64,000 nucleotides of DNA, taken from Scyliorhinus canicula. Taxonomy: Eukaryota. Both the position numbers and the translations under genes were made by a program. The notes beneath the pieces are model-generated. The model saw nothing but the letters and a program-made list of their open reading frames with translations, was not told where the DNA came from and ran no database searches. The stretch lies in contig NC_052149.1 of NCBI RefSeq assembly GCF_902713615.1, forward strand, positions 127,041,256 through 127,105,255. The letters are read 5' to 3'. Shown in pieces: positions 63,300-64,000 of this stretch (positions within the stretch are counted from its first letter, which is position 1; each line of letters opens with the position of its first letter).

Positions 63300-63648
63300 A
63301 GAACATAGAACATAGAACAGTACAGCACAGAACAGGCCCTTCGGCCCTCGATGTTGTGCCGAGCCATGATCACCCTACTCAAACCCACGTATCCACCCTA
63401 TACCCGTAACCGAACAACTCCCCCTTAACCTTACTTTTATTAGGACACAACGGGCAATTTAGCATGGCCAATCCACCTAACCCGCACATCTTTGGACTGT
63501 GGGAGGAAACCGGAGCACCCGGAGGAAACCCACGCACACAGGGGGAGGACGTGCAGACTCCACACAGACAGTGACCCAGCCGGGAATCGAACCTGGGACC
63601 CTGGAGCTGTGAAGCATTTATGCTAACCACCATGCTACCCTGCTGCCC
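63300..63648 (-). mobile_element. HE1/V-SINE, young copy
   Basis: Nearly identical to 44488-44826 in reverse complement. Confidence 0.85.
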
Positions 63649-63650
63649 AT

Positions 63651-64000
63651 TGTACATGATGTACCATCAATTGGATTCAAGACACGATTAGGATCCAAAC
63701 TGTGGCTTTAATCAGCTCGTTGTTAGCCCGGTGGTCGACTACAGAGTAAGGCCGACCGCCGGGAACTCTGGGTACTTATACCCCGCCTCGGAGGCGGGGT
63801 CTACTTGCCTCTCGACCAATTGGTGAGCAGTCACATGACTAGTCCCAGCCAATCGGACGAGAGGCACATGACCAGCCAGTGCCAATGGGAAACCCATGCT
63901 CTGCACCAATGGCAGTGCTCACATTCATACCACCACATTCACCCCTTGTGGAGAAAGAAGGCGGGGGGGTGTAAGTGGAAGAGAGAGAGAGGGGGGGGAG
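63651..64000 (-). mobile_element. 3' LTR (63651-63937) and PPT of a minus-strand Gypsy-like element extending beyond the window
   Basis: Minus strand aaggggtgaa|TGTGGTGG, essentially the same PPT/LTR junction as the 37-41 kb element (agggggtgaa|TGTGGTGA). ATTAAA lies in the LTR. Confidence 0.75.

Noticed and set aside
3313-63648. A/B-box-bearing sequences as tRNA genes
   Set aside because: Each continues into SINE core and tail sequence and lacks a complete cloverleaf.

Overview
This is repeat-dense cartilaginous-fish genomic DNA. The taxon is inferred from HE1/V-SINEs, Deu-domain SINEs, CR1 LINEs and a shark-type Ig kappa gene; a catshark-like species is a guess. The only host gene I can support is an unrearranged immunoglobulin kappa (NS4/type III-like) light-chain mini-cluster on the minus strand at 1.65-2.75 kb. 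It has an octamer-like site and TATA, a leader exon, an intact V exon with a perfect 12-RSS, and a single J with a 23-RSS only ~0.4 kb away. The C exon is not visible and presumably lies left of the window. The other ~61 kb holds transposons and tandem repeats: a 9.9-kb strand-asymmetric AGCT-bearing 51/55-bp minisatellite fused to a 36-bp minisatellite, with an inverted second copy of the same composite ~38 kb away; at least four decayed Harbinger transposase remnants plus Myb/SANT remnants and Harbinger MITEs; a hAT-Charlie MITE; a full-length decayed Gypsy element with 245-bp LTRs and a 5-bp TSD; solo LTRs; CR1, L1 and L2 fragments; many SINEs; and one assembly gap. The most notable observations are: (i) the Gypsy PBS position is an 11-nt perfect complement of its own LTR rather than a tRNA site; (ii) the inverted pair of switch-like composite minisatellites lies upstream of the Ig V; (iii) several minisatellites arose from transposon sequence, including one from the Harbinger catalytic motif; (iv) a blunt V-J join would create a TAG stop. 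Coordinates were counted by eye, and copy numbers are estimates.
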